Shown here piece by piece: positions 30,555 through 39,130 of a stretch of DNA of 64,000 bases. The notes under the pieces are model-generated. The model did not search any database and had not been told where the DNA came from. It saw only the letters and a program-made list of their open reading frames with translations. This DNA is from Patescibacteria group bacterium (lineage in GTDB: Bacteria > Patescibacteriota > Patescibacteriia > Magasanikbacterales > GWA2-37-8): assembly GCA_041661385.1 (NCBI GenBank), contig JBAZUP010000002.1, positions 14,670 through 78,669 of the forward strand. The letters run 5' to 3'. The translations under genes and the position numbers were made by a program. Position 1 is the stretch's first letter, and each line of letters starts with the position of its first letter.

Positions 30555-31871
30555 TTAAAAAGAAAATTTTTCATAATGAAGTCGGCCCGGTCTGACTCCC
30601 AACTCTTTCAGCATATTAGTTACCGGGTCGTGCATGTTCGGCGGTCCGCAAAAGAAAATATCACAATCCAAATAATCTGGTGCTAATTGTTTAATTTTAT
30701 CTTTATCAAGCCTGCCCGAAATGTATTCTTTTCCGCCGTAGCCGGCGCCGGCATCGGAAATTAGATAATAGGTTTTAATTGGCAGTTCATCAAAATGCGC
30801 TCGAAAAGGAATTTGCGCCGCTGAACGGATGCAGTACAGCAAAGTAATATCTGTGATGCCTTTTTTTGTGAGTGAATCTATTATGCCGGCAATGGGAGTA
30901 ATGCCGACACCGGCCGCAATAAATAGAAAACGCTTGGTTTTAGATTTTTTTTCTGTAAAAGTCCCGAGCGGGCCATCAATAATAACTCCAGTTCCGGGAG
31001 ACAGCTCTTTAATTCGATTGGTAAAATCACCCAGAGATTTAATTGTAAAACGAAGGTAATCGTTGTTTGGCGCGCAGGATATAGAAAAAGGATGGCTTGA
31101 AAGCATTCCCCATTTCAAAAAATTAATAATCGCAAATTGGCCGGCATCAAAAGAAAATTTGTTTATATCTTTGCCGGAAATATAAATTGACGTAACATCG
31201 TTTGATTCAGCGACAATTTTTTCAATTTTAAATCGATGGCGAGCAAATAAATAGAACGGTCGTAGAAAGCGGTAGAATAAAATTAGCCCGAACACGGCAT
31301 AATTTAAAGTGAGCCAATAGTATAAAGCTGGCGCCCGGGTCAAATCACCGGATTTAGTTTGGTGCTCAAGCGCAAGAACGATAGCGATATAAATAAAAAG
31401 ATGAGTGAAGTGCCAGCGTTCGTATTTTAGTTTTTTTCGAAAAACAGTCAGGGATAAAATGATTGCGATTGTAAAAATTATTAAACCGATTAGAGCGTTT
31501 ACTACATCATGCCAATCTGAAATAAAACTAAGAAATTGAGCCCAATAAGATGTATCGGTCATGCTGCCCCAACCGATGCTAAGCAGGAGCGGGTGGGCGA
31601 CTAAAAATATTATTATGTATGTTCCAACCCAGCGGTGCACATTATTTAATTCGTCATGGCCAAATTGTTTTTCAATAAAGCGAATGCGGCCAATTAGCAC
31701 CAGTTGAAATAATATTAAAAATTCTGAAAGCAATCCGGTAATTCTGCCAAGAGCGATAAAAATACCGGCAAAAGACCCCGCTCGCAAAAAGCTCCCAGAG
31801 ACCGCATACCAAAAATAAAAAATCACCAATAAATTAGTTATGAATAGTGCTTGTAGTAGTCTTTTTTTCAT
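30555..31871 (-). CDS. Ferric-reductase-like transmembrane protein with FAD/NAD(P)H domain
   Basis: TM His ligands (HRWVG, VAH, WHFTH, LEH), HPFSI, DGPLG, AAGVGITP, CGP, EKFSF. Confidence 0.9.
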   Translation of the reverse strand: MKKRLLQALFITNLLVIFYFWYAVSGSFLRAGSFAGIFIALGRITGLLSEFLILFQLVLIGRIRFIEKQFGHDELNNVHRWVGTYIIIFLVAHPLLLSIGWGSMTDTSYWAQFLSFISDWHDVVNALIGLIIFTIAIILSLTVFRKKLKYERWHFTHLFIYIAIVLALEHQTKSGDLTRAPALYYWLTLNYAVFGLILFYRFLRPFYLFARHRFKIEKIVAESNDVTSIYISGKDINKFSFDAGQFAIINFLKWGMLSSHPFSISCAPNNDYLRFTIKSLGDFTNRIKELSPGTGVIIDGPLGTFTEKKSKTKRFLFIAAGVGITPIAGIIDSLTKKGITDITLLYCIRSAAQIPFRAHFDELPIKTYYLISDAGAGYGGKEYISGRLDKDKIKQLAPDYLDCDIFFCGPPNMHDPVTNMLKELGVRPGRLHYEKFSF

Positions 31872-32041
31872 TTAATTTAAGAAATATATAGACATTTTCT
31901 ATAAGTAATTTTACATTTATATATGCAAAATAGCAACCCTAGCTTTGCTATATTTCGCTTGTAACTTACTTAACTTTAGCTGTGTATACTCTGTAAGGCG
32001 GCACATTGTTACATGCGCCTTTATTATTTAGCCAAGTTAGT

Positions 32042-32956
32042 ATGAAAAAAACAACAATGCTAACAGTAATGGTTGTTGCGTTTGCAGCTGGTATTGTGTT
32101 GCCGGCGATTGTAAATGCTCAGACAATTGGAAATCAAATTACTCTTATTCTAAAAAAAGAAAATATTAATCCGGTTGTGTTGGTATCGACTAATACAATT
32201 CCTACCGCCTCAACTACGGTCATTGTTCCGGCTTTGAAAGAGGCTGCTAAACCAAACACACAAAAGATCTCGCGCCTAGATCAGTTGGTCGCCAAACTTA
32301 AATTAAATACTATTAGCAATGAAGTTTTAGAATTACAAACTGGGTTAAAAAAACTTGGGTATTTTTCTGTAAATTTTAAGCCGACAAAAAAATATGGTCC
32401 AGCAACTGCCGCGGCAGTAAAAAAATATCAGGCTGATAAAAAATTGCCTCGTTTTGAGCAGTTGGTTTCTAGACTTCGGTCCGGAATGGTAAGTAATGAA
32501 GTTTTAGAATTACAAACAGGGTTAAAAAAACTTGGATATTTATCAAAAACTTTTAAACCTACAAATAAATATGGGTCGGCAACCGCTGTCGCCGTAAAAA
32601 AATATCTGGCAGATAAAAAGAAAAAAACGAACGTTTCGACTGCGGTAAAATCGCCGGCAATAAAAACTTCGGTTGTTGCAAAATCGGCGACAGTGGTAAA
32701 ACCCGCGACTGTTCCGGTCGTGCGAAGTTATACAATGGCAGAAGTTAGTGTAAATAACAGCGCTGCGAAATGTTGGTCAGCAATTAACGGCAAAGTTTAT
32801 AATCTTACTAATTTCTTTGGTAATCATGCTGGTGGGGATCCGGCGATTGCGTCGTTATGCGGTAAAGATGGTACAGTTTCTTTTGATGCTATGCATGGCG
32901 GAAAGGTGAAACCCGAAACGGTTCTAAAAACCTTTGAAATCGGATTGTTAAAATAA
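32042..32956 (+). CDS. Secreted protein with two peptidoglycan-binding domains and a cytochrome b5-like domain
   Basis: Signal peptide; two EVLELQTGLKKLGY...YGxATAxAVKKY repeats; C-terminal CWSAINGKVYNLT...HAGG...CGKDGT...MHG. Confidence 0.85.
   Translation: MKKTTMLTVMVVAFAAGIVLPAIVNAQTIGNQITLILKKENINPVVLVSTNTIPTASTTVIVPALKEAAKPNTQKISRLDQLVAKLKLNTISNEVLELQTGLKKLGYFSVNFKPTKKYGPATAAAVKKYQADKKLPRFEQLVSRLRSGMVSNEVLELQTGLKKLGYLSKTFKPTNKYGSATAVAVKKYLADKKKKTNVSTAVKSPAIKTSVVAKSATVVKPATVPVVRSYTMAEVSVNNSAAKCWSAINGKVYNLTNFFGNHAGGDPAIASLCGKDGTVSFDAMHGGKVKPETVLKTFEIGLLK
32269..32619 (+). repeat. Intragenic tandem duplication, 177-bp period (PG-binding domains)
   Basis: aatgaagttttagaattacaaac occurs at 32318 and 32495. 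Confidence 0.85.
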
Positions 32957-33020
32957 ATTTTAAAATTTAAAGGGGCCGAAAGGCCTCTTTTTTTGTTTAA
33001 GTAAATAGTTCGGAAAACCA

Positions 33021-33065
33021 TTGACAAAACCCGGTTTTTGTGATATATTGTGATGTTCTTTAAAA
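33021..33065 (+). promoter_or_regulatory. sigma70 promoter followed by a boxA-like motif
   Basis: TTGACA-17 nt-TATATT, then TGTTCTTTAAAA at 33054-33065. Confidence 0.7.
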
Positions 33066-33186
33066 TCGCCAAAACACTCCGATGTTTGCCGGTTTATACC
33101 GCTAAACACCGGAAGGGTCCAGATTTAAAACTGGACGCAAGACCGGTTTAGTCGCCCGAGTCTCCCTTCCTAAACAGGACAAATAT

Positions 33187-33348
33187 ATGTTTAGGGCCAT
33201 AAGTGGAGCCTTGTCGCTTCTTCTCTGCATTCTAGTCTTGCGTTTGGCTCTTCCTGAGGTGTTCACGGTCCTGGTCGGGATCATTCTAAAAGTGCTGACC
33301 TTAGTCAGCAACGGAATTGATCTCGCATCAAGCCAAAGAACACTTTAA
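33187..33348 (+). CDS. 53-aa hydrophobic small membrane protein
   Basis: Own translation MFRAISGALSLLLCILVLRLALPEVFTVLVGIILKVLTLVSNGIDLASSQRTL; AGGA upstream and a hairpin downstream; below the ORF-track cutoff. Confidence 0.65.
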   Translation: MFRAISGALSLLLCILVLRLALPEVFTVLVGIILKVLTLVSNGIDLASSQRTL

Positions 33349-33410
33349 ACGACTTGGGGTTCGCGTCGCGAACCCCTTCTCTTTGACAAAACTCTAACTC
33401 GGAGGAACTC

Positions 33411-33791
33411 ATGAAGTTCTTCGCACTGCTTGCAGTCGTTTGCCTTTTTGGTTGTGGTAATCTCAGTTACCCTTGCGGGCTATCATGTGACAATGATAGC
33501 CACCTTTGTACCTGCGAGCCACACCATGGCTCCACCGAACAGTTCTGGATTCACGATGCCTACGCCGTCCGATTCTTCACCTGTGGCTGCAAGTATACTC
33601 GCAGCGCAGGTTCTACATCGGGGGCTCCGATTCCATCTGACCCAAGTCTCGGCGAGTGCTACGCCATCGCAGTCGGTTCGGTGAACCCACCATATGATTG
33701 TGAGATGTCTCGCAGTCAGTATTCTGGGTACGAACCCTGCATTCGTATTATCGAGATGGGGGGCTCGGTTGCCTGCGGAGATCCTCGTTAA
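33411..33791 (+). CDS. Orphan Cys-rich putative lipoprotein
   Basis: GGAGG site; MKFFALLAVVCLFGC lipobox-like signal; 12 Cys in 126 aa; terminator follows. Confidence 0.7.
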   Translation: MKFFALLAVVCLFGCGNLSYPCGLSCDNDSHLCTCEPHHGSTEQFWIHDAYAVRFFTCGCKYTRSAGSTSGAPIPSDPSLGECYAIAVGSVNPPYDCEMSRSQYSGYEPCIRIIEMGGSVACGDPR

Positions 33792-33900
33792 GGATCAAAT
33801 TCGTTCTTTTTCAAAGCCGGTCGCTTCCACGCGACCGGCTCTTCTTTTAATAAAAAACTCCCCGATTGCTCGGGGAGTTAAAATTTTATTTTTTATCTTA

Positions 33901-34182
33901 TTATAATACAGCTTCTTTGGCAGCCTTTGAGAGTCTGAATTTGCAAACAGTCTTGGCTTTGATCTGGATGGTTTCACCGGTAGCTGGGTTGCGGCCTTGG
34001 CGAGCAGCGCGGTTAACTTTTACCATTTTACCAAATCCTGGCAAAACGAATACGCCAGTTTTCTTAACTTCCTTGTAAGCAGTTTCCGCGAGTTTCTCGA
34101 GGAAAGCACCAACATCTTTCTTGCTGAGACCGGTTTGTTCGGCCAACATACTTAATAAAGCTGACTTTGTCATACCTGCCAT
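33901..34182 (-). CDS. HU family DNA-binding protein
   Basis: MTKSAL, LPGFGK, RAARQGRNPATGE. Confidence 0.93.
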   Translation of the reverse strand: MAGMTKSALLSMLAEQTGLSKKDVGAFLEKLAETAYKEVKKTGVFVLPGFGKMVKVNRAARQGRNPATGETIQIKAKTVCKFRLSKAAKEAVL

Positions 34183-34276
34183 ATGAATATATGGTTAATA
34201 ATTAAAATTTATATGGTATAAATTAGGTTTAGTATATAACAAACCTATAAAAAGAGCAATAGATACGGGGATAATC

Positions 34277-34498
34277 TTACATTTTGAAAAATTCCATGAC
34301 TTTATAAACCAAAAAAGCTGGCCAAACTAGTGCCTTTAAAAATCCAAGCACACCTCCCCAAAACGTTGTGGCGTGCTGAATTAAATATATGGCCGCTCCG
34401 ATAAACCCAAGACCATAGGCACCCCCGGAAACATTGTTGTTTCCGCTTTTTTTGCAACACTTTTTATTTGGGTCGCAAACTTTTTGCTCTTCCGTCAT
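34277..34498 (-). CDS. Small membrane protein
   Basis: YGLGFIGAAIY...GFLKALVWP; coupled to the pspC gene. Confidence 0.75.
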   Translation of the reverse strand: MTEEQKVCDPNKKCCKKSGNNNVSGGAYGLGFIGAAIYLIQHATTFWGGVLGFLKALVWPAFLVYKVMEFFKM

Positions 34499-34503
34499 AT
34501 AAT

Positions 34504-34698
34504 TTATATTTTATTTTCTACTGGCATAATTAGCCAGGCGATTAAATAAAAGGGGATGCCAGGGCCGGCCAAACCAGCAAAAACAAAAATTAAGCGAACC
34601 AAGGTTGGGTCAATGTTAAAAAATTCAGCAAAACCGCCCGCTACTCCGGCAATCATTTTATTTTTGGTCGAACGATAGAGTTTTTTGTCGGTTATCAT
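34504..34698 (-). CDS. pspC: PspC domain protein
   Basis: LYRS...MIAGVAGGFAEFFNIDPTLVRL...YLIAWLIMP. Confidence 0.9.
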   Translation of the reverse strand: MITDKKLYRSTKNKMIAGVAGGFAEFFNIDPTLVRLIFVFAGLAGPGIPFYLIAWLIMPVENKI

Positions 34699-34769
34699 AG
34701 GGATAAATGGTTGTGTTTAATCGCCAATAATGTAACACATTATCAAAAAACAATAAAGGTTTTGATTAT

Positions 34770-35912
34770 TTAGTTGGTAATTTGTTTAATGTATTTAGCA
34801 AATACCCATTCATTATTTTCGCTAATGCGTAGCCAGCCATTTTTTGATTCATAAACTATTACCGGCTCTTTATAATTAAGTTTTTTAAGAACTTTGCCTT
34901 TGGTATTTGGCGCATTACGAACATTTAATCCTTTTTCTGTTACTGATCCTCTTGAAACAATCGGAAAAGCGCCCATCAAGTGTGGCAGAGTACGGCCTGG
35001 CTCGACAAAATATTGTCCAGTAAGGTTGTAGGCGCAAGTGGCGCTGCCGCCGCCATCGGCTTGTAGTTGGTTTTCTACAGGAACACCAGCGGCGAGTAGT
35101 GCTTCTCTCGCTTCACTAGGGCTAGCACCCTTACTACAATAAATAATTAGTTCTTTACCACCGGGTTTGACGCCTATAAATAATCTGGCAACTTCTGAAT
35201 CAGAACCCTTTGGAGTAATACTCGCGTCAAATCCTTCCACGGCTTGATCGCCGTCATTAATAAAAAGATTTTCATCAAAAGAACTAATCGTGCTTGTTCC
35301 GGCGGCATTATTAATAATAAGCATTTGTCGCAGTTGAGCGATATCAGAATCTGGACGACTGCCGCTTGTCACATAAGTGCCGGAGGTATCGGAAGATTTT
35401 AAACTCATGCTAAGATCAGTAACCGGAATTTCAACATTGAAAAATGGAACATTCCAAATAAATTTAGCATTTTTATTTGCGGCTTTGGCCCTTTCAACCT
35501 GTAGCTTGGCAAAAGCCCAATCATGTATCTCTGCGGTACTGGTTGCCGGGGATGATGCTGCTATTTCTGGGGTTGAGGTCACTTCGACAAAATCAGTTTG
35601 GACCTCGGTCGTTGTTTCAGACGCGGCAACGGTCGGATTAAATGGAGGTTTGCCAAGACCCCAATCTGTCTTTGGGGTTGATGAGGCGATAAATTTTATT
35701 TGGTTGTAGGGTAGGTATATAACTGTTAGAAAATCGAGGTGGCCGTTTCCTTCAGGCGCTTTCATAAATGTGGAAATGCCCCGCGCTCCAGCCCAAGTTA
35801 TTGGGGTATAGCCTTCGGGAGTGGTTGCTTTCCAGGTAGCTGCTTTTGCCGAACCGGTCTGAACTGCCATGAATGTGACCAAGAAACTAACAAAGAGAAG
35901 AAGCTTTTTCAT
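34770..35912 (-). CDS. Secreted protein with a phosphodiester-glycosidase-like region and C-terminal SH3b domain
   Basis: Signal peptide from ATG 35912; ARLFIG...DGGGSA; LNVRNAPNTKGKVL...GWLRI...WV SH3b pattern. Confidence 0.75.
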   Translation of the reverse strand: MKKLLLFVSFLVTFMAVQTGSAKAATWKATTPEGYTPITWAGARGISTFMKAPEGNGHLDFLTVIYLPYNQIKFIASSTPKTDWGLGKPPFNPTVAASETTTEVQTDFVEVTSTPEIAASSPATSTAEIHDWAFAKLQVERAKAANKNAKFIWNVPFFNVEIPVTDLSMSLKSSDTSGTYVTSGSRPDSDIAQLRQMLIINNAAGTSTISSFDENLFINDGDQAVEGFDASITPKGSDSEVARLFIGVKPGGKELIIYCSKGASPSEAREALLAAGVPVENQLQADGGGSATCAYNLTGQYFVEPGRTLPHLMGAFPIVSRGSVTEKGLNVRNAPNTKGKVLKKLNYKEPVIVYESKNGWLRISENNEWVFAKYIKQITN

Positions 35913-35957
35913 ATAATTTGACAAAGTTATGTCGTGCAGCGCCCTTTGAAGCATGAC

Positions 35958-36578
35958 TTATTTTAAATGTTTGTTATTTTTTTCCCAATTTAATAACCAT
36001 TTTTTTTGAGTGCTATCAATACCGCCCCGAAATAATCTCGATTCAGCGATGGCGTCGGTCATTGTCCAGCCGTCTATTTCATATCGATAAAGTGCGATTA
36101 GAGTTCCAGTTCTTCCAAAGCCGCCACGGCAATGAATATGAACGGGTTGGTTTTTAGGGTCAGTTGCAAATTTTAAGAAGCTGCGGGCCTCCGCAATGGT
36201 CGGTGCGGCACCGTCGCGCATTGGCAAGTATAAATAATTGAATTTTAAGCTATTAAACCCCTTAATTTTTTTGTCGTCGCTTATTTCTTTGTACTCATTA
36301 TTATATCTTAAATCAATAATGCTTTTCCAACCTTGTTTTTTTAACCACTTAAATTCAGAAAGTAAAGGCTGGCCGGAGCGTGAAATCTTTCCGTTGTCCA
36401 AAATAGCAAAAGACCAGAAGCCATAGGCTTTGGGTGTGCTGGTCGGAATATTATCGCGCGGACCGGTAAAGATTGGGGGAGTAATGGCGGCAATCGAAAA
36501 TTTTGTCGATCCAAAAAAAATTACTCCAAGCAATAACGTGAAGAAAGTTAATATTTTTGTTAATGAAAATTTTTTCAT
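35958..36578 (-). CDS. Cys-based tyrosine/dual-specificity phosphatase with signal peptide
   Basis: RSGQP, IIDLR, HCRGGFGRTG (HCx5R). Confidence 0.88.
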   Translation of the reverse strand: MKKFSLTKILTFFTLLLGVIFFGSTKFSIAAITPPIFTGPRDNIPTSTPKAYGFWSFAILDNGKISRSGQPLLSEFKWLKKQGWKSIIDLRYNNEYKEISDDKKIKGFNSLKFNYLYLPMRDGAAPTIAEARSFLKFATDPKNQPVHIHCRGGFGRTGTLIALYRYEIDGWTMTDAIAESRLFRGGIDSTQKKWLLNWEKNNKHLK

Positions 36579-36632
36579 AAATATTTGTCTAGTTAGATTA
36601 TCATACTCGAAAGTAAATTGATAGCAAATAAT

Positions 36633-36670
36633 TAAATAAATACTCCGCGTAAAGCGGAGTATTTATTTAA
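36633..36670. terminator. Terminator of the same sequence family as those in the tRNA-Glu repeats
   Basis: taaataaatactccgc-gtaaa-gcggagtatttattta. Confidence 0.8.
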
Positions 36671-36685
36671 TATATTGTTGTCCTG

Positions 36686-37372
36686 CTACTCTTGTTCTTT
36701 ATAGCGATTTAAAATTTGTTCAATTAATTTCGGATCGCCCGTATATTTCTCGTGAATAATTTGTTCGATTTCTTTAAAACTATATTCTTGGTTGTAGGGT
36801 CGGTGTGAGGCGAGAGCATCAAAAATATCCGCCGCCGCAACTATTGCCGCGCGCTCATAAATTTTTTTCTCTCCATTCCGGCGGTTTGGTTGCGCGGGCT
36901 TGCCGTTACCATTTCCATTTCTGGGGTAGGGGTTGTTCTGATGTTCATGATGAGATGCGACAATTTCTCTAATGCCATCAAAGGCCGGATCAATTAGTCT
37001 TTCAAAACCTTTTCTAGCGTGAGTGCGCATTAAATCCATTTCTTCTTTGGTGAGGGGAGAATTTTTTGCAAGAACCTCTAAAGGAATGTAGCATTTGCCA
37101 AGGTCATGGAGAAGTCCGCCCGCGCCAACTAACTTTGTTTCTTCTGGTTGTAGATGGTTTTCTATGCAAAGGTCAGTGCTTAGGGTTCCAACTCTTACGC
37201 TATGTTCGTACGAGGGGGCATGGTGTTTTCTAAGGAAATCTAAATGACCAGCTATTCTTTCATCGCTCAAAAGTTCACTGATTAAATCGACGGCTTCTAC
37301 ATTCTTGAGTTTGTAAGGGAAATCAACCGAGCCAATTTTTCCTTCGGGATTGAACCCTAATCTTTCGGGCAT
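36686..37372 (-). CDS. HD-GYP-like phosphohydrolase
   Basis: HSVRV, LLHDLGK, HARKG, SHHEH, ADIFDAL, RPY; the GYP motif reads PYP. Confidence 0.85.
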   Translation of the reverse strand: MPERLGFNPEGKIGSVDFPYKLKNVEAVDLISELLSDERIAGHLDFLRKHHAPSYEHSVRVGTLSTDLCIENHLQPEETKLVGAGGLLHDLGKCYIPLEVLAKNSPLTKEEMDLMRTHARKGFERLIDPAFDGIREIVASHHEHQNNPYPRNGNGNGKPAQPNRRNGEKKIYERAAIVAAADIFDALASHRPYNQEYSFKEIEQIIHEKYTGDPKLIEQILNRYKEQE

Positions 37373-37467
37373 ATCGTAATGGTTTTTAACAGTTAAATAT
37401 TACAGCTATTATTAATTTTTGACAACTAGTAAATAAAAACCCCGCATATAGCGGAGTATTATATTTA

Positions 37468-37812
37468 TAGTTGCCAACGAGAATTTCACTCGCTCACTTC
37501 GTTCGCTCTCACGAAAACCTTCGGGTTTTCGTGGACTTTCCTCGGCAAGAGAAAACTCCCGTTTTCTCCCTTTCCCGCTCAATTCCCCAGATCACTAAAT
37601 AAAATACCCCACTTAAAGTGGAGTATTTTATTTTGTAGTCCCAACGGGGAATTTCACTGCTCGGCCTTCGGCCTGCGCTTTGAGAAACCGTTCGGGTTTC
37701 TCAATACTCATCCGCAGCAATGCGGGGAAATACTTTCCCCGCCACCCCTTTGTTCAATTCCCTCGACAGAAATATAAAAACAAAAACCGCCATAAATGGC
37801 AGTTTTGTTTTT
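37468..37812. repeat. Two ~170-bp structured tandem units, each with a copy of the tRNA-Glu 3' end
   Basis: ttttgtagtcccaacggg is identical at 37631 and 37809; degenerate tagttgccaacgagaatt at 37468; both units share aatttcact...gctc, three hairpins, tcaattccc and a terminator. Confidence 0.85.
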
Positions 37813-37813
37813 G

Positions 37814-37885
37814 TAGTCCCAACGGGAATTGAACCCGTATTTTCGCCTTGAAAGGGCAATGTCCTAACCATTAGACGATGAGACC
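37814..37885 (-). tRNA. tRNA-Glu (TTC)
   Basis: Reverse complement GGTCTCATCGTCTAATGGTTAGGACATTGCCCTTTCAAGGCGAAAATACGGGTTCAATTCCCGTTGGGACTA folds as a cloverleaf. Confidence 0.95.
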
Positions 37886-37987
37886 ATTTTCAATGAGTAC
37901 CAATATATCATAAATTTATAAGAAAGTCAATCTGACCAAGCTGGCATTGGTTGTTTTAATATAATTCTCGTGGAATAATATAATTAT

Positions 37988-38605
37988 ATGAGCAATAGCC
38001 ATAAACAACTAATTAATGATTTGACCGAAAGTGGAGTACTGAAGAGTGAGGCTATAATAAAATCATTTAACAAGATTGACCGTAATGATTTTGTTTCCGA
38101 TGAGTTTCAAAAAATTGCATATTCCGATATCCCATTACCAACCCTTGCTAATCAGACTATTTCACAGCCGACTACTGTTGCGTTTATGTTTGAGTTGCTC
38201 GGCGTGAATTCGGGCGATAAAATACTTGATGTTGGTTCAGGTTCAGGGTGGACTACGGCAATTCTGGCAGATCTCACTGGTCAAAAAGGCCGCGTGTGGG
38301 GTGTAGAAATTATTCCCGAGCTAGTTAAACTTGGGAATAATAATCTTTCTAAATATAATTTTAATATCGCGAAGATTCTGTTTGCAAAAAAGTTAGGATT
38401 ACCAGAAAAAGCCCCATTTGATAAAATATTGGTGTCGGCCGCTGCGGAACGAATTCCCACGGAATTAATAGATCAACTAAAAAAAGGCGGCACAATGGTT
38501 ATTCCGGTCCGGAACTCAATTATAAAATTAACTAAAGACGAGATTGGAAATATATCTGAAACGGAATTTCTTGGGTTTGTTTTTGTCCCGCTTGTTAATA
38601 TTTAG
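37988..38605 (+). CDS. pcm: Protein-L-isoaspartate O-methyltransferase
   Basis: QTISQP, LDVGSGSGW, APFDKILVSAA, FVFVPL. Confidence 0.93.
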   Translation: MSNSHKQLINDLTESGVLKSEAIIKSFNKIDRNDFVSDEFQKIAYSDIPLPTLANQTISQPTTVAFMFELLGVNSGDKILDVGSGSGWTTAILADLTGQKGRVWGVEIIPELVKLGNNNLSKYNFNIAKILFAKKLGLPEKAPFDKILVSAAAERIPTELIDQLKKGGTMVIPVRNSIIKLTKDEIGNISETEFLGFVFVPLVNI

Positions 38606-38660
38606 CTAAATTAAAAAATCCCTCATGCAGAACATGGGGGATTTTTAGTGTGTAAGTTTA

Positions 38661-38945
38661 TTATTTTGCTTCTTTGAGAGCATCCTTAAGAGCTTTACCA
38701 GCTTTGAATTTTGGAACTTTTACGGCTGGGATTTGGATCTTTTCGGTTGGTCTTTGTGGGTTAACGCCGGTACGAGCTGCCCTTTGCTTTACGCTAAAGG
38801 CGCCGAAACCTGTCAAAACCACTTCGTCACCTTTCTTAAGAGTTTCGGTAACGGTGTCTATAAAAGAGTTAATGAAATCTTCACCTTCCCGTTTGGAGAG
38901 ATTAAGTTTTTCTGCTAACACTTGGGCTAAATCAGCTTTGTTCAT
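38661..38945 (-). CDS. hup: HU family DNA-binding protein
   Basis: MNKADL, LTGFGAF, RAARTGVNP, PKFKAGKALKD. Confidence 0.93.
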   Translation of the reverse strand: MNKADLAQVLAEKLNLSKREGEDFINSFIDTVTETLKKGDEVVLTGFGAFSVKQRAARTGVNPQRPTEKIQIPAVKVPKFKAGKALKDALKEAK

Positions 38946-39130
38946 AATTCACCACCCTTCTATATTATAGGATAAATGTTTGCTTGAATGTGGTAATTAT
39001 AGCATTTTCGCTTTTTTTTGGCTATGATTAGCAAATTTACTTGTCCACAGGGCTTCGCCTTCGGCTACGCCCTGTAAACGAGATAAAGAATCATTGTGAT
39101 TTATAGTGCATAGCCCCATGGGGCGACGCA

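Noticed and set aside
33110-33160. Resemblance to a c-di-GMP-I riboswitch (ggacgcaaga...ccggtttag)
   Set aside because: The GGCAAAC element and GNRA tetraloop stem are missing; kept only as an unnamed structured leader.
37468-37812. CRISPR array or additional tRNA genes
   Set aside because: The ~170-bp period with structured, mutually related bodies does not fit CRISPR, no cas genes are present, and the units lack D and anticodon arms.
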